Assembly (NCBI GenBank): GCA_040954595.2
Contig: CM082588.2
Location: 10,028,844-10,092,843 of the forward strand
DNA: 64,000 nt
Source of the DNA: Balanoglossus misakiensis
Taxonomy: Eukaryota; Animalia; Hemichordata
Direction of reading: 5' to 3'
How positions within the stretch are numbered: position 1 is the stretch's first letter; every line of letters starts with the position of its first letter. The translations under genes and the position numbers were made by a program. A model generated the notes under the pieces. It was given only the letters and a program-made list of their open reading frames with translations, made no database searches and had not been told where the DNA came from. Below are positions 23,470 to 38,500 of this stretch, piece after piece.

Positions 23470-26400
23470 AAGCAACCATGGACATTTTAGAACTATCTCT
23501 CGATCTACAGAGTCTATAGTGGAAAACTTTCTTATGCACATATGCCTATCTATGTGTTCTGCGCCTCACAACAGAATTCGGTAAATAAACGAGGCTGTTT
23601 GGAAGCAACCATGGAAATTTTACAACTATCCGTCGATCTACAGAGTCTAGTGGAAAACGTTATTATGCGCATAGGCCTATATATGTGTTCTGCGCATCAC
23701 AACAGAATTTTGTAAACAAACGAGGCTGTGTTTGGAAGCAACCATGGAAATTTTAGAACTATCTCTCGATCTACAGAGTCTAGTGGAAAACTTTATTATG
23801 CACATATGCCTATCTATGTGTTCTGCGCATCACAACAGAAATCGGTAAATAAACGAGGCTGTTTGGAAGCAACCATGGAAATTTTACAACTATCCGTCGA
23901 TCTACAGAGTCTGGTGGAAAACTTTCTTATGCGCATAGGCCTATTACGTGCTCTGCGCCTCACAACAGAATTCGGTAAATAAACGAGGCTGTTTGGAAGC
24001 AACCATGGACATTGTACAACTATCCGTCGATCTACAAAGTCTAGTGGAAACGTTCTTATGCGCATAGGCCTATCAATGTGTTATGCGCATCACAACAGAA
24101 ATCGGTAAATAAACGAGGCTGTATTTGGAAGCAACCATGAAATTTTACAACTATCCGTCGATCTACAGAGTCTAGTGGAAAAATGTCTCATGCGCATAGG
24201 CCTATCATGTGTTCTGCGCCTCACAACAGAAATCGGTAAATAAACGAGGCTGTTTGGAAGCAACCATGGAAATTTTACAGCTATCCGTCGATCTACAGAG
24301 TCTAGTGGAAAACGTTCTTATGCGCATAGGCCTATCTATGTGTTATGCGCATCACAACAGAAATCGGTAAATAAACGAGGCTGTGTTTGGAAGCAACCAT
24401 GGACATTTTAGAACTATCTCTCGATCTACAGAGTCTGTAGTGGAAAACTTTCTTATGCACATATGCCTATCTATGTGTTCTGCGCCTCACAACAGAATTC
24501 GGTAAATAAACGAGGCTGTTTGGAAGCAACCATGGAAATTTTACAGCTATCCGTCGATCTACAGAGTCTAGTGGAAAACGTTATTATGCGCATAGGCCTA
24601 TATATGTGTTCTGCGCATCACAACAGAATTTTGTAAACAAACGAGGCTGTGTTTGGAAGCAACCATGGACATTTTAGAACTATCTCTCGATCTACAGAGT
24701 CTATAGTGGAAAACTTTCTTATGCACATATGCCTATCTATGTGTTCTGCGCCTCACAACAGAATTCGGTAAATAAACGAGGCTGTTTGGAAGCAACCATG
24801 GAAATTTTACAACTATCCGTCGATCTACAGAGTCTAGTGGAAAACGTTATTATGCGCATAGGCCTATATATGTGTTCTGCGCATCACAACAGAATTTTGT
24901 AAACAAACGAGGCTGTGTTTGGAAGCAACCATGGAAATTTTAGAACTATCTCTCGATCTACAGAGTCTAGTGGAAAACTTTATTATGCACATATGCCTAT
25001 CTATGTGTTCTGCGCATCACAACAGAAATCGGTAAATAAACGAGGCTGTTTGGAAGCAACCATGGAAATTTTACAACTATCCGTCGATCTACAGAGTCTG
25101 GTGGAAAACTTTCTTATGCGCATAGGCCTATTACGTGCTCTGCGCCTCACAACAGAATTCGGTAAATAAACGAGGCTGTTTGGAAGCAACCATGGAAATT
25201 TTAGAACTATCCGTCGATCTACAGAGTCTAGTGGAAAAATGTCTTATGCGCATAGGCCTATCATGTGTTCTGCGCCTCACAACAGAAATCGGTAAATAAA
25301 CGAGGCTGTTTGGAAGCAACCATGGAAATTGTACAACTATCCGTCGATCTAAAGAGTCTAGTGGAAAACGTTCTTATGCGCATAGGCCTATCTATGTGTT
25401 ATGCGCATCACAACAGAAATCGGTAAATAAACGAGGCTGTATTTGGAAGCAACCATGAAATTTTACAACTATCCGTCGATCTACAGAGTCTGGTGGAAAA
25501 CTTCCTTATGCGCATAGACCTATTACGTGTTCTGCGCCTCACAACAGAATTCGGTAAATAAACGAGGCTGTTTGGAAGCAACCATGGACATTGTAGAACT
25601 ATCCGTCGATCTACAAAGTCTAGTGGAAACGTTGTTATGCGCATAGGCCTATCAATGTGTTATGCGCATCACAACAGAAATCGGTAAATAAACGAGGCTG
25701 TATTTGGAAGCAACCATGAAATTTTACAACTATCCGTCGATCTACAGAGTCTAGTGGAAAAATGTCTCATGCGCATAGGCCTATCATGTGTTCTGCGCCT
25801 CACAACAGAAATCGGTAAATAAACGAGGCTGTTTGGAAGCAACCATGGAAATTTTACAGCTATCCGTCGATCTACAGAGTCTAGTGGAAAAATGTCTCAT
25901 GCGCATAGGCCTATCATGTGTTCTGCGCCTCACAACAGAAATCGGTAAATAAACGAGGCTGTTTGGAAGCAACCATGGAAATTTTACAGCTATCCGTCGA
26001 TCTACAGAGTCTAGTGGAAACGTTCTTATGCGCATAGGCCTATATATGTGTTCTGCGCATCACAACAGAATTTTGTAAACAAACGAGGCTGTGTTTGGTA
26101 GCAACCATGGACATTTTAGAACTATCTCTCGATCTACAGAGTCTATAGTGGAAAACTTTCTTATGCACATATGCCTATCTATGTGTTCTGCGCCTCACAA
26201 CAGAATTCGGTAAATAAACGAGGCTGTTTGGAAGCAACCATGGAAATTTTACAACTATCCGTCGATCTACAGAGTCTAGTGGAAAACGTTATTATGCGCA
26301 TAGGCCTATATATGTGTTCTGCGCATCACAACAGAATTTTGTAAACAAACGAGGCTGTGTTTGGAAGCAACCATGGAAATTTTACAACTATCTCTCGATC

Positions 26401-28985
26401 TACAGAGTCTAGTGGAAAACTTTATTATGCACATATGCCTATCTATGTGTTCTGCGCATCACAACAGAAATCGGTAAATAAACGAGGCTGTTTGGAAGCA
26501 ACCATGGAAATTTTACAACTATCCGTCGATCTACAGAGTCTGGTGGAAAACTTTCTTATGCGCATAGGCCTATTACGTGCTCTGCGCCTCACAACAGAAT
26601 TCGGTAAATAAACGAGGCTGTTTGGAAGCAACCATGGACATTGTACAACTATCCGTCGATCTACAAAGTCTAGTGGAAACGTTCTTATGCGCATAGGCCT
26701 ATCAATGTGTTATGCGCATCACAACAGAAATCGGTAAATAAACGAGGCTGTATTTGGAAGCAACCATGAAATTTTACAACTATCCGTCGATCTACAGAGT
26801 CTAGTGGAAAAATGTCTCATGCGCATAGGCCTATCATGTGTTCTGCGCCTCACAACAGAAATCGGTAAATAAACGAGGCTGTTTGGAAGCAACCATGGAA
26901 ATTTTACAGCTATCCGTCGATCTACAGAGTCTAGTGGAAAACGTTCTTATGCGCATAGGCCTATCTATGTGTTATGCGCATCACAACAGAAATCGGTAAA
27001 TAAACGAGGCTGTGTTTGGAAGCAACCATGGACATTTTAGAACTATCTCTCGATCTACAGAGTCTGTAGTGGAAAACTTTCTTATGCACATATGCCTATC
27101 TATGTGTTCTGCGCCTCACAACAGAATTCGGTAAATAAACGAGGCTGTTTGGAAGCAACCATGGAAATTTTACAGCTATCCGTCGATCTACAGAGTCTAG
27201 TGGAAAACGTTATTATGCGCATAGGCCTATATATGTGTTCTGCGCATCACAACAGAATTTTGTAAACAAACGAGGCTGTGTTTGGAAGCAACCATGGACA
27301 TTTTAGAACTATCTCTCGATCTACAGAGTCTATAGTGGAAAACTTTCTTATGCACATATGCCTATCTATGTGTTCTGCGCCTCACAACAGAATTCGGTAA
27401 ATAAACGAGGCTGTTTGGAAGCAACCATGGAAATTTTACAACTATCCGTCGATCTACAGAGTCTAGTGGAAAACGTTATTATGCGCATAGGCCTATATAT
27501 GTGTTCTGCGCATCACAACAGAATTTTGTAAACAAACGAGGCTGTGTTTGGAAGCAACCATGGAAATTTTAGAACTATCTCTCGATCTACAGAGTCTAGT
27601 GGAAAACTTTATTATGCACATATGCCTATCTATGTGTTCTGCGCATCACAACAGAAATCGGTAAATAAACGAGGCTGTTTGGAAGCAACCATGGAAATTT
27701 TACAACTATCCGTCGATCTACAGAGTCTGGTGGAAAACTTTCTTATGCGCATAGGCCTATTACGTGCTCTGCGCCTCACAACAGAATTCGGTAAATAAAC
27801 GAGGCTGTTTGGAAGCAACCATGGAAATTTTAGAACTATCCGTCGATCTACAGAGTCTAGTGGAAAAATGTCTTATGCGCATAGGCCTATCATGTGTTCT
27901 GCGCCTCACAACAGAAATCGGTAAATAAACGAGGCTGTTTGGAAGCAACCATGGAAATTGTACAACTATCCGTCGATCTAAAGAGTCTAGTGGAAAACGT
28001 TCTTATGCGCATAGGCCTATCTATGTGTTATGCGCATCACAACAGAAATCGGTAAATAAACGAGGCTGTATTTGGAAGCAACCATGAAATTTTACAACTA
28101 TCCGTCGATCTACAGAGTCTGGTGGAAAACTTCCTTATGCGCATAGACCTATTACGTGTTCTGCGCCTCACAACAGAATTCGGTAAATAAACGAGGCTGT
28201 TTGGAAGCAACCATGGACATTGTAGAACTATCCGTCGATCTACAAAGTCTAGTGGAAACGTTCTTATGCGCATAGGCCTATCAATGTGTTATGCGCATCA
28301 CAACAGAAATCGGTAAATAAACGAGGCTGTATTTGGAAGCAACCATGAAATTTTACAACTATCCGTCGATCTACAGAGTCTAGTGGAAAAATGTCTCATG
28401 CGCATAGGCCTATCATGTGTTCTGCGCCTCACAACAGAAATCGGTAAATAAACGAGGCTGTTTGGAAGCAACCATGGAAATTTTACAGCTATCCGTCGAT
28501 CTACAGAGTCTAGTGGAAAAATGTCTCATGCGCATAGGCCTATCATGTGTTCTGCGCCTCACAACAGAAATCGGTAAATAAACGAGGCTGTTTGGAAGCA
28601 ACCATGGAAATTTTACAGCTATCCGTCGATCTACAGAGTCTAGTGGAAACGTTCTTATGCGCATAGGCCTATATATGTGTTCTGCGCATCACAACAGAAT
28701 TTTGTAAACAAACGAGGCTGTGTTTGGTAGCAACCATGGACATTTTAGAACTATCTCTCGATCTACAGAGTCTATAGTGGAAAACTTTCTTATGCACATA
28801 TGCCTATCTATGTGTTCTGCGCCTCACAACAGAATTCGGTAAATAAACGAGGCTGTTTGGAAGCAACCATGGAAATTTTACAACTATCCGTCGATCTACA
28901 GAGTCTAGTGGAAAACGTTATTATGCGCATAGGCCTATATATGTGTTCTGCGCATCACAACAGAATTTTGTAAACAAACGAGGCT
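23470..28985. repeat. 2,629-bp tandem duplication (about 20 monomers) inside the satellite
   Basis: Constant 2,629 offset (23728/26357, 24915/27544, 25408/28037, 25784/28413). At least two SNPs distinguish the copies (near 25634 and 26384). Confidence 0.85.
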
Positions 28986-29511
28986 GTTTGGAAGCAACCA
29001 TGGAAATTTTACAGCTATCCGTCGATCTACATAGTCTAGTGGAAAACGTTCTTATGCGCATAGGCCTATCTATGTGTTATGCGCATCACAACAGAAATCG
29101 GTAAATAAACGAGGCTGTGTTTGGAAGCAACCATTGACATTTTAGAACTATCTCTCGATCTACAGAGTCTGTAGTGGAAAACTTTCTTATGCACATATGC
29201 CTATCTATGTGTTCTGCGCCTCACAACAGAATTCGGTAAATAAACGAGGCTGTTTGGAAGCAACCATGGAAATTTTACAGCTATCCGTCGATCTACAGAG
29301 TCTAGTGGAAAACGTTATTATGCGCATAGGCCTATATATGTGTTCTGCGCATCACAACAGAAATCGGTAAATAAACGAGGCTGTTTGGAAGCAACCATGG
29401 AAATTTTACAACTATCCGTCGATCTACAGAGTCTGGTGGAAAACTTTCTTATGCGCATAGGCCTATTACGTGCTCTGCGCCTCACAACAGAATTCGGTAA
29501 ATAAACGAGGC

Positions 29512-32500
29512 TGTTTGGAAGCAACCATGGAAATTTTAGAACTATCCGTCGATCTACAGAGTCTAGTGGAAAAATGTCTTATGCGCATAGGCCTATCATG
29601 TGTTCTGCGCCTCACAACAGAAATCGGTAAATAAACGAGGCTGTTTGGAAGCAACCATGGAAATTGTACAACTATCCGTCGATCTAAAGAGTCTAGTGGA
29701 AAACGTTCTTATGCGCATAGGCCTATCTATGTGTTATGCGCATCACAACAGAAATCGGTAAATAAACGAGGCTGTATTTGGAAGCAACCATGAAATTTTA
29801 CAACTATCCGTCGATCTACAGAGTCTGGTGGAAAACTTCCTTATGCGCATAGACCTATTACGTGTTCTGCGCCTCACAACAGAATTCGGTAAATAAACGA
29901 GGCTGTTTGGAAGCAACCATGGACATTGTAGAACTATCCGTCGATCTACAAAGTCTAGTGGAAACGTTCTTATGCGCATAGGCCTATCAATGTGTTATGC
30001 GCATCACAACAGAAATCGGTAAATAAACGAGGCTGTATTTGGAAGCAACCATGAAATTTTACAACTATCCGTCGATCTACAGAGTCTAGTGGAAAAATGT
30101 CTCATGCGCATAGGCCTATCATGTGTTCTGCGCCTCACAACAGAAATCGGTAAATAAACGAGGCTGTTTGGAAGCAACCATGGAAATTTTACAGCTATCC
30201 GTCGATCTACAGAGTCTAGTGGAAACGTTCTTATGCGCATAGGCCTATATATGTGTTCTGCGCATCACAACAGAATTTTGTAAACAAACGAGGCTGTGTT
30301 TGGTAGCAACCATGGACATTTTAGAACTATCTCTCGATCTACAGAGTCTATAGTGGAAAACTTTCTTATGCACATATGCCTATCTATGTGTTCTGCGCCT
30401 CACAACAGAATTCGGTAAATAAACGAGGCTGTTTGGAAGCAACCATGGAAATTTTACAACTATCCGTCGATCTACAGAGTCTAGTGGAAAACGTTATTAT
30501 GCGCATAGGCCTATATATGTGTTCTGCGCATCACAACAGAATTTTGTAAACAAACGAGGCTGTTTGGAAGCAACCATGGAAATTTTACAGCTATCCGTCG
30601 ATCTACAGAGTCTAGTGGAAAACGTTCTTATGCGCATAGGCCTATCTATGTGTTATGCGCATCACAACAGAAATCGGTAAATAAACGAGGCTGTGTTTGG
30701 AAGCAACCATGGACATTTTAGAACTATCTCTCGATCTACAGAGTCTGTAGTGGAAAACTTTCTTATGCACATATGCCTATCTATGTGTTCTGCGCCTCAC
30801 AACAGAATTCGGTAAATAAACGAGGCTGTTTGGAAGCAACCATGGAAATTTTACAGCTATCCGTCGATCTACAGAGTCTAGTGGAAAACGTTATTATGCG
30901 CATAGGCCTATATATGTGTTCTGCGCATCACAACAGAATTTTGTAAACAAACGAGGCTGTGTTTGGAAGCAACCATGGACATTTTAGAACTATCTCTCGA
31001 TCTACAGAGTCTATAGTGGAAAACTTTCTTATGCACATATGCCTATCTATGTGTTCTGCGCCTCACAACAGAATTCGGTAAATAAACGAGGCTGTTTGGA
31101 AGCAACCATGGAAATTTTACAACTATCCGTCGATCTACAGAGTCTAGTGGAAAACGTTATTATGCGCATAGGCCTATATATGTGTTCTGCGCATCACAAC
31201 AGAATTTTGTAAACAAACGAGGCTGTGTTTGGAAGCAACCATGGAAATTTTAGAACTATCTCTCGATCTACAGAGTCTAGTGGAAAACTTTATTATGCAC
31301 ATATGCCTATCTATGTGTTCTGCGCATCACAACAGAAATCGGTAAATAAACGAGGCTGTTTGGAAGCAACCATGGAAATTTTACAACTATCCGTCGATCT
31401 ACAGAGTCTGGTGGAAAACTTTCTTATGCGCATAGGCCTATTACGTGCTCTGCGCCTCACAACAGAATTCGGTAAATAAACGAGGCTGTTTGGAAGCAAC
31501 CATGGAAATTTTAGAACTATCCGTCGATCTACAGAGTCTAGTGGAAAAATGTCTTATGCGCATAGGCCTATCATGTGTTCTGCGCCTCACAACAGAAATC
31601 GGTAAATAAACGAGGCTGTTTGGAAGCAACCATGGAAATTGTACAACTATCCGTCGATCTAAAGAGTCTAGTGGAAAACGTTCTTATGCGCATAGGCCTA
31701 TCTATGTGTTATGCGCATCACAACAGAAATCGGTAAATAAACGAGGCTGTATTTGGAAGCAACCATGAAATTTTACAACTATCCGTCGATCTACAGAGTC
31801 TGGTGGAAAACTTCCTTATGCGCATAGACCTATTACGTGTTCTGCGCCTCACAACAGAATTCGGTAAATAAACGAGGCTGTTTGGAAGCAACCATGGACA
31901 TTGTAGAACTATCCGTCGATCTACAAAGTCTAGTGGAAACGTTCTTATGCGCATAGGCCTATCAATGTGTTATGCGCATCACAACAGAAATCGGTAAATA
32001 AACGAGGCTGTATTTGGAAGCAACCATGAAATTTTACAACTATCCGTCGATCTACAGAGTCTAGTGGAAAAATGTCTCATGCGCATAGGCCTATCATGTG
32101 TTCTGCGCCTCACAACAGAAATCGGTAAATAAACGAGGCTGTTTGGAAGCAACCATGGAAATTTTACAGCTATCCGTCGATCTACAGAGTCTAGTGGAAA
32201 AATGTCTCATGCGCATAGGCCTATCATGTGTTCTGCGCCTCACAACAGAAATCGGTAAATAAACGAGGCTGTTTGGAAGCAACCATGGAAATTTTACAGC
32301 TATCCGTCGATCTACAGAGTCTAGTGGAAACGTTCTTATGCGCATAGGCCTATATATGTGTTCTGCGCATCACAACAGAATTTTGTAAACAAACGAGGCT
32401 GTGTTTGGTAGCAACCATGGACATTTTAGAACTATCTCTCGATCTACAGAGTCTATAGTGGAAAACTTTCTTATGCACATATGCCTATCTATGTGTTCTG

Positions 32501-35500
32501 CGCCTCACAACAGAATTCGGTAAATAAACGAGGCTGTTTGGAAGCAACCATGGAAATTTTACAACTATCCGTCGATCTACAGAGTCTAGTGGAAAACGTT
32601 ATTATGCGCATAGGCCTATATATGTGTTCTGCGCATCACAACAGAATTTTGTAAACAAACGAGGCTGTGTTTGGAAGCAACCATGGACATTTTAGAACTA
32701 TCTCTCGATCTACAGAGTCTATAGTGGAAAACTTTCTTATGCACATAGGCCTATCAATGTGTTCTGTGCCTCACAACAGAATTCGGTAAATAAACGAGGC
32801 TGTTTGGAAGCAACCATGGAAATTTTAGAACTATCCGTCGATCTACAGAGTCTAGTGGAAAACGTTCTTATGCGCATAGGCCTATATATGTGTTCTGCGC
32901 ATCACAACAGAATTTTGTAAACAAACGAGGCTGTGTTTGGAAGCAACCATGGAAATTTTAGAACTATCTCTCGATGTACAGAGTCTATAGTGGAAAACTT
33001 TCTTATGCACATATGCCTATCTATGTGTTCTGCGCCTCAAAACAGAATTCCGTCAATAAACGAGGCTGTTTGGAAGCAACCATGGACATTTTAGAACTAT
33101 TCGTCGATCTACGGAGTCTAGTGGAAAACTTTCTTATGCGCATAGGCATATGTATGTGTTCTACGCATCACAACAGAATTCGGTAAATAAACGAGGCTGT
33201 TTGGAAACAACCATGGAAATTTTTGAACTATCCGTTGATCTAAAGTTGAAAAGTTTTTTATGCGCATAGGCCTATCTATGTGTTCTGCGCCTCACAACAG
33301 AAATCGGTAAATAAACGAGGCTGTTTGGAAGCAACCATGGAAATTTTACAACTATCTCTCGATCTACAGAGTCTATAGTGGAAAACTTTCTTATTCACAT
33401 ATGCCTATCTATGTGTTCTGCGCCTCAAAACAGAATTCCGCAAATAAACGAGGCTGTTTGGAAGCAAACATGGAAGTTTTAGAACTATCTCTGGATCTAC
33501 AGTGTATAGTGGAAAACGTTCATATGCGCACAGGCCTATCTATGTGTTCTGCGCATCACAACAGAATTTTGTAAACAATCGAGGATGTGTTTGGAAGAAA
33601 TCATGGAAATTTTAGAACTATCCGTCGATCTACAGAGTCTAGTGGGAAACTTTCTTATGCGCATAGGCATATGTATGTGTTCAGCGCATCACAACAGAAT
33701 TTTGTAAATGAACGAGGCTGTGTTTGGAAACAACCATGGAACTTTTACAACTATCCGTCGATCTACGGAGTCTGGTGGAAAACTTTCTTATGCGCATAGG
33801 CCTATTGCGTGCTCTGCGCCTCACAACAGAATTCGGTAAATAAACGAGGCTGTTTGGAAGCAACCATGGAAATTTTAGAACTATCCGTCGATCTACAGAG
33901 TCTGGTGGAAAACTTCCTTATGCGCATAGACCTATTACGTGTTCTGCGCCTCACAACAGAATTCGGTAAATAAACGATGCTGTTTGGAAGCAACCATGGA
34001 AATTGTACAACTATCCGTCGATCTACAGAGTCTAGTGGAAAACGTTCTTATGCGCATAGGCCTATCTATGTGTTATGCGCATCACAACAGAAATCGGTAA
34101 ATAAACGAGGCTGTGTTTGGAAGCAACCATGGACATTTTAGAACTATCTCTCGATCTACAGAGTCTATAGTGGAAAACTTTCTTATGCACATATGCCTAT
34201 CTATGTGTTCTGCGCCTCACAACAGAAATCGGTAAATAAACGAGGCTGTTTAAAAGCAACCATGGAAATTTTACAGCTATCCGTCGATCTACAGAGTCTA
34301 GTGGAAACGTTCTTATGCGCATAGGCCTATATATGTGTTCTGCGCATCATAACAGAATTTTGTAAACAAACGAGGCTGTGTTTGGGAGCAACCATGGACA
34401 TTTTAGAACTATCTCTCGATCTACAGAGTCTATAGTGGAAAACTTTCTTATGCACATATGCCTATCTATGTGTTCTGCGCCTCACAACAGAAATCGGTAA
34501 ATAAACGAGGCTGTTTAAAAGCAACCATGGAAATTTTACAGCTATCCGTCGATCTACAGAGTCTAGTGGAAACGTTCTTATGCGCATAGGCCTATATATG
34601 TGTTCTGCGCATCACAACAGAATTTTGTAAACAAACGAGGCTGTGTTTGGAAGCAACCATGGAAATTTTAGAACTATCCGTCGATCTACAGAGTCTAGTG
34701 GAAAAATGTCTTATGCGCATAGGCCTATCATGTGTTCTGCGCCTCACAACAGAAATCGGTAAATAAACGAGGCTGTTTGGAAGCAACCATGGAAATTGTA
34801 CAACTATCCGTCGATCTAAAGAGTCTAGTGGAAAACGTTCTTATGCGCATAGGCCTATCTATGTGTTATGCGCATCACAACAGAAATCGGTAAATAAACG
34901 AGGCTGTATTTGGAAGCAACCATGAAATTTTACAACTATCCGTCGATCTACAGAGTCTGGTGGAAAACTTCCTTATGCGCATAGACCTATTACGTGTTCT
35001 GCGCCTCACAACAGAATTCGGTAAATAAACGAGGCTGTTTGGAAGCAACCATGGACATTGTAGAACTATCCGTCGATCTACAAAGTCTAGTGGAAACGTT
35101 CTTATGCGCATAGGCCTATCAATGTGTTATGCGCATCACAACAGAAATCGGTAAATAAACGAGGCTGTATTTGGAAGCAACCATGAAATTTTACAACTAT
35201 CCGTCGATCTACAGAGTCTAGTGGAAAAATGTCTCATGCGCATAGGCCTATCATGTGTTCTGCGCCTCACAACAGAAATCGGTAAATAAACGAGGCTGTT
35301 TGGAAGCAACCATGGAAATTTTACAGCTATCCGTCGATCTACAGAGTCTAGTGGAAACGTTCTTATGCGCATAGGCCTATATATGTGTTCTGCGCATCAC
35401 AACAGAATTTTGTAAACAAACGAGGCTGTGTTTGGTAGCAACCATGGACATTTTAGAACTATCTCTCGATCTACAGAGTCTATAGTGGAAAACTTTCTTA

Positions 35501-38500
35501 TGCACATATGCCTATCTATGTGTTCTGCGCCTCACAACAGAATTCGGTAAATAAACGAGGCTGTTTGGAAGCAACCATGGAAATTTTACAACTATCCGTC
35601 GATCTACAGAGTCTAGTGGAAAACGTTATTATGCGCATAGGCCTATATATGTGTTCTGCGCATCACAACAGAATTTTGTAAACAAACGAGGCTGTTTGGA
35701 AGCAACCATGGAAATTTTACAGCTATCCGTCGATCTACAGAGTCTAGTGGAAAACGTTCTTATGCGCATAGGCCTATCTATGTGTTATGCGCATCACAAC
35801 AGAAATCGGTAAATAAACGAGGCTGTGTTTGGAAGCAACCATGGACATTTTAGAACTATCTCTCGATCTACAGAGTCTGTAGTGGAAAACTTTCTTATGC
35901 ACATATGCCTATCTATGTGTTCTGCGCCTCACAACAGAATTCGGTAAATAAACGAGGCTGTTTGGAAGCAACCATGGAAATTTTACAGCTATCCGTCGAT
36001 CTACAGAGTCTAGTGGAAAACGTTATTATGCGCATAGGCCTATATATGTGTTCTGCGCATCACAACAGAATTTTGTAAACAAACGAGGCTGTGTTTGGAA
36101 GCAACCATGGACATTTTAGAACTATCTCTCGATCTACAGAGTCTATAGTGGAAAACTTTCTTATGCACATATGCCTATCTATGTGTTCTGCGCCTCACAA
36201 CAGAATTCGGTAAATAAACGAGGCTGTTTGGAAGCAACCATGGAAATTTTACAACTATCCGTCGATCTACAGAGTCTAGTGGAAAACGTTATTATGCGCA
36301 TAGGCCTATATATGTGTTCTGCGCATCACAACAGAATTTTGTAAACAAACGAGGCTGTGTTTGGAAGCAACCATGGAAATTTTAGAACTATCTCTCGATC
36401 TACAGAGTCTAGTGGAAAACTTTATTATGCACATATGCCTATCTATGTGTTCTGCGCATCACAACAGAAATCGGTAAATAAACGAGGCTGTTTGGAAGCA
36501 ACCATGGAAATTTTACAACTATCCGTCGATCTACAGAGTCTGGTGGAAAACTTTCTTATGCGCATAGGCCTATTACGTGCTCTGCGCCTCACAACAGAAT
36601 TCGGTAAATAAACGAGGCTGTTTGGAAGCAACCATGGAAATTTTAGAACTATCCGTCGATCTACAGAGTCTAGTGGAAAAATGTCTTATGCGCATAGGCC
36701 TATCATGTGTTCTGCGCCTCACAACAGAAATCGGTAAATAAACGAGGCTGTTTGGAAGCAACCATGGAAATTGTACAACTATCCGTCGATCTAAAGAGTC
36801 TAGTGGAAAACGTTCTTATGCGCATAGGCCTATCTATGTGTTATGCGCATCACAACAGAAATCGGTAAATAAACGAGGCTGTATTTGGAAGCAACCATGA
36901 AATTTTACAACTATCCGTCGATCTACAGAGTCTGGTGGAAAACTTCCTTATGCGCATAGACCTATTACGTGTTCTGCGCCTCACAACAGAATTCGGTAAA
37001 TAAACGAGGCTGTTTGGAAGCAACCATGGACATTGTAGAACTATCCGTCGATCTACAAAGTCTAGTGGAAACGTTCTTATGCGCATAGGCCTATCAATGT
37101 GTTATGCGCATCACAACAGAAATCGGTAAATAAACGAGGCTGTATTTGGAAGCAACCATGAAATTTTACAACTATCCGTCGATCTACAGAGTCTAGTGGA
37201 AAAATGTCTCATGCGCATAGGCCTATCATGTGTTCTGCGCCTCACAACAGAAATCGGTAAATAAACGAGGCTGTTTGGAAGCAACCATGGAAATTTTACA
37301 GCTATCCGTCGATCTACAGAGTCTAGTGGAAAAATGTCTCATGCGCATAGGCCTATCATGTGTTCTGCGCCTCACAACAGAAATCGGTAAATAAACGAGG
37401 CTGTTTGGAAGCAACCATGGAAATTTTACAGCTATCCGTCGATCTACAGAGTCTAGTGGAAACGTTCTTATGCGCATAGGCCTATATATGTGTTCTGCGC
37501 ATCACAACAGAATTTTGTAAACAAACGAGGCTGTGTTTGGTAGCAACCATGGACATTTTAGAACTATCTCTCGATCTACAGAGTCTATAGTGGAAAACTT
37601 TCTTATGCACATATGCCTATCTATGTGTTCTGCGCCTCACAACAGAATTCGGTAAATAAACGAGGCTGTTTGGAAGCAACCATGGAAATTTTACAACTAT
37701 CCGTCGATCTACAGAGTCTAGTGGAAAACGTTATTATGCGCATAGGCCTATATATGTGTTCTGCGCATCACAACAGAATTTTGTAAACAAACGAGGCTGT
37801 GTTTGGAAGCAACCATGGACATTTTAGAACTATCTCTCGATCTACAGAGTCTATAGTGGAAAACTTTCTTATGCACATAGGCCTATCAATGTGTTCTGTG
37901 CCTCACAACAGAATTCGGTAAATAAACGAGGCTGTTTGGAAGCAACCATGGAAATTTTAGAACTATCCGTCGATCTACAGAGTCTAGTGGAAAACGTTCT
38001 TATGCGCATAGGCCTATATATGTGTTCTGCGCATCACAACAGAATTTTGTAAACAAACGAGGCTGTGTTTGGAAGCAACCATGGAAATTTTAGAACTATC
38101 TCTCGATGTACAGAGTCTATAGTGGAAAACTTTCTTATGCACATATGCCTATCTATGTGTTCTGCGCCTCAAAACAGAATTCCGTCAATAAACGAGGCTG
38201 TTTGGAAGCAACCATGGACATTTTAGAACTATTCGTCGATCTACGGAGTCTAGTGGAAAACTTTCTTATGCGCATAGGCATATGTATGTGTTCTACGCAT
38301 CACAACAGAATTCGGTAAATAAACGAGGCTGTTTGGAAACAACCATGGAAATTTTTGAACTATCCGTTGATCTAAAGTTGAAAAGTTTTTTATGCGCATA
38401 GGCCTATCTATGTGTTCTGCGCCTCACAACAGAAATCGGTAAATAAACGAGGCTGTTTGGAAGCAACCATGGAAATTTTACAACTATCTCTCGATCTACA

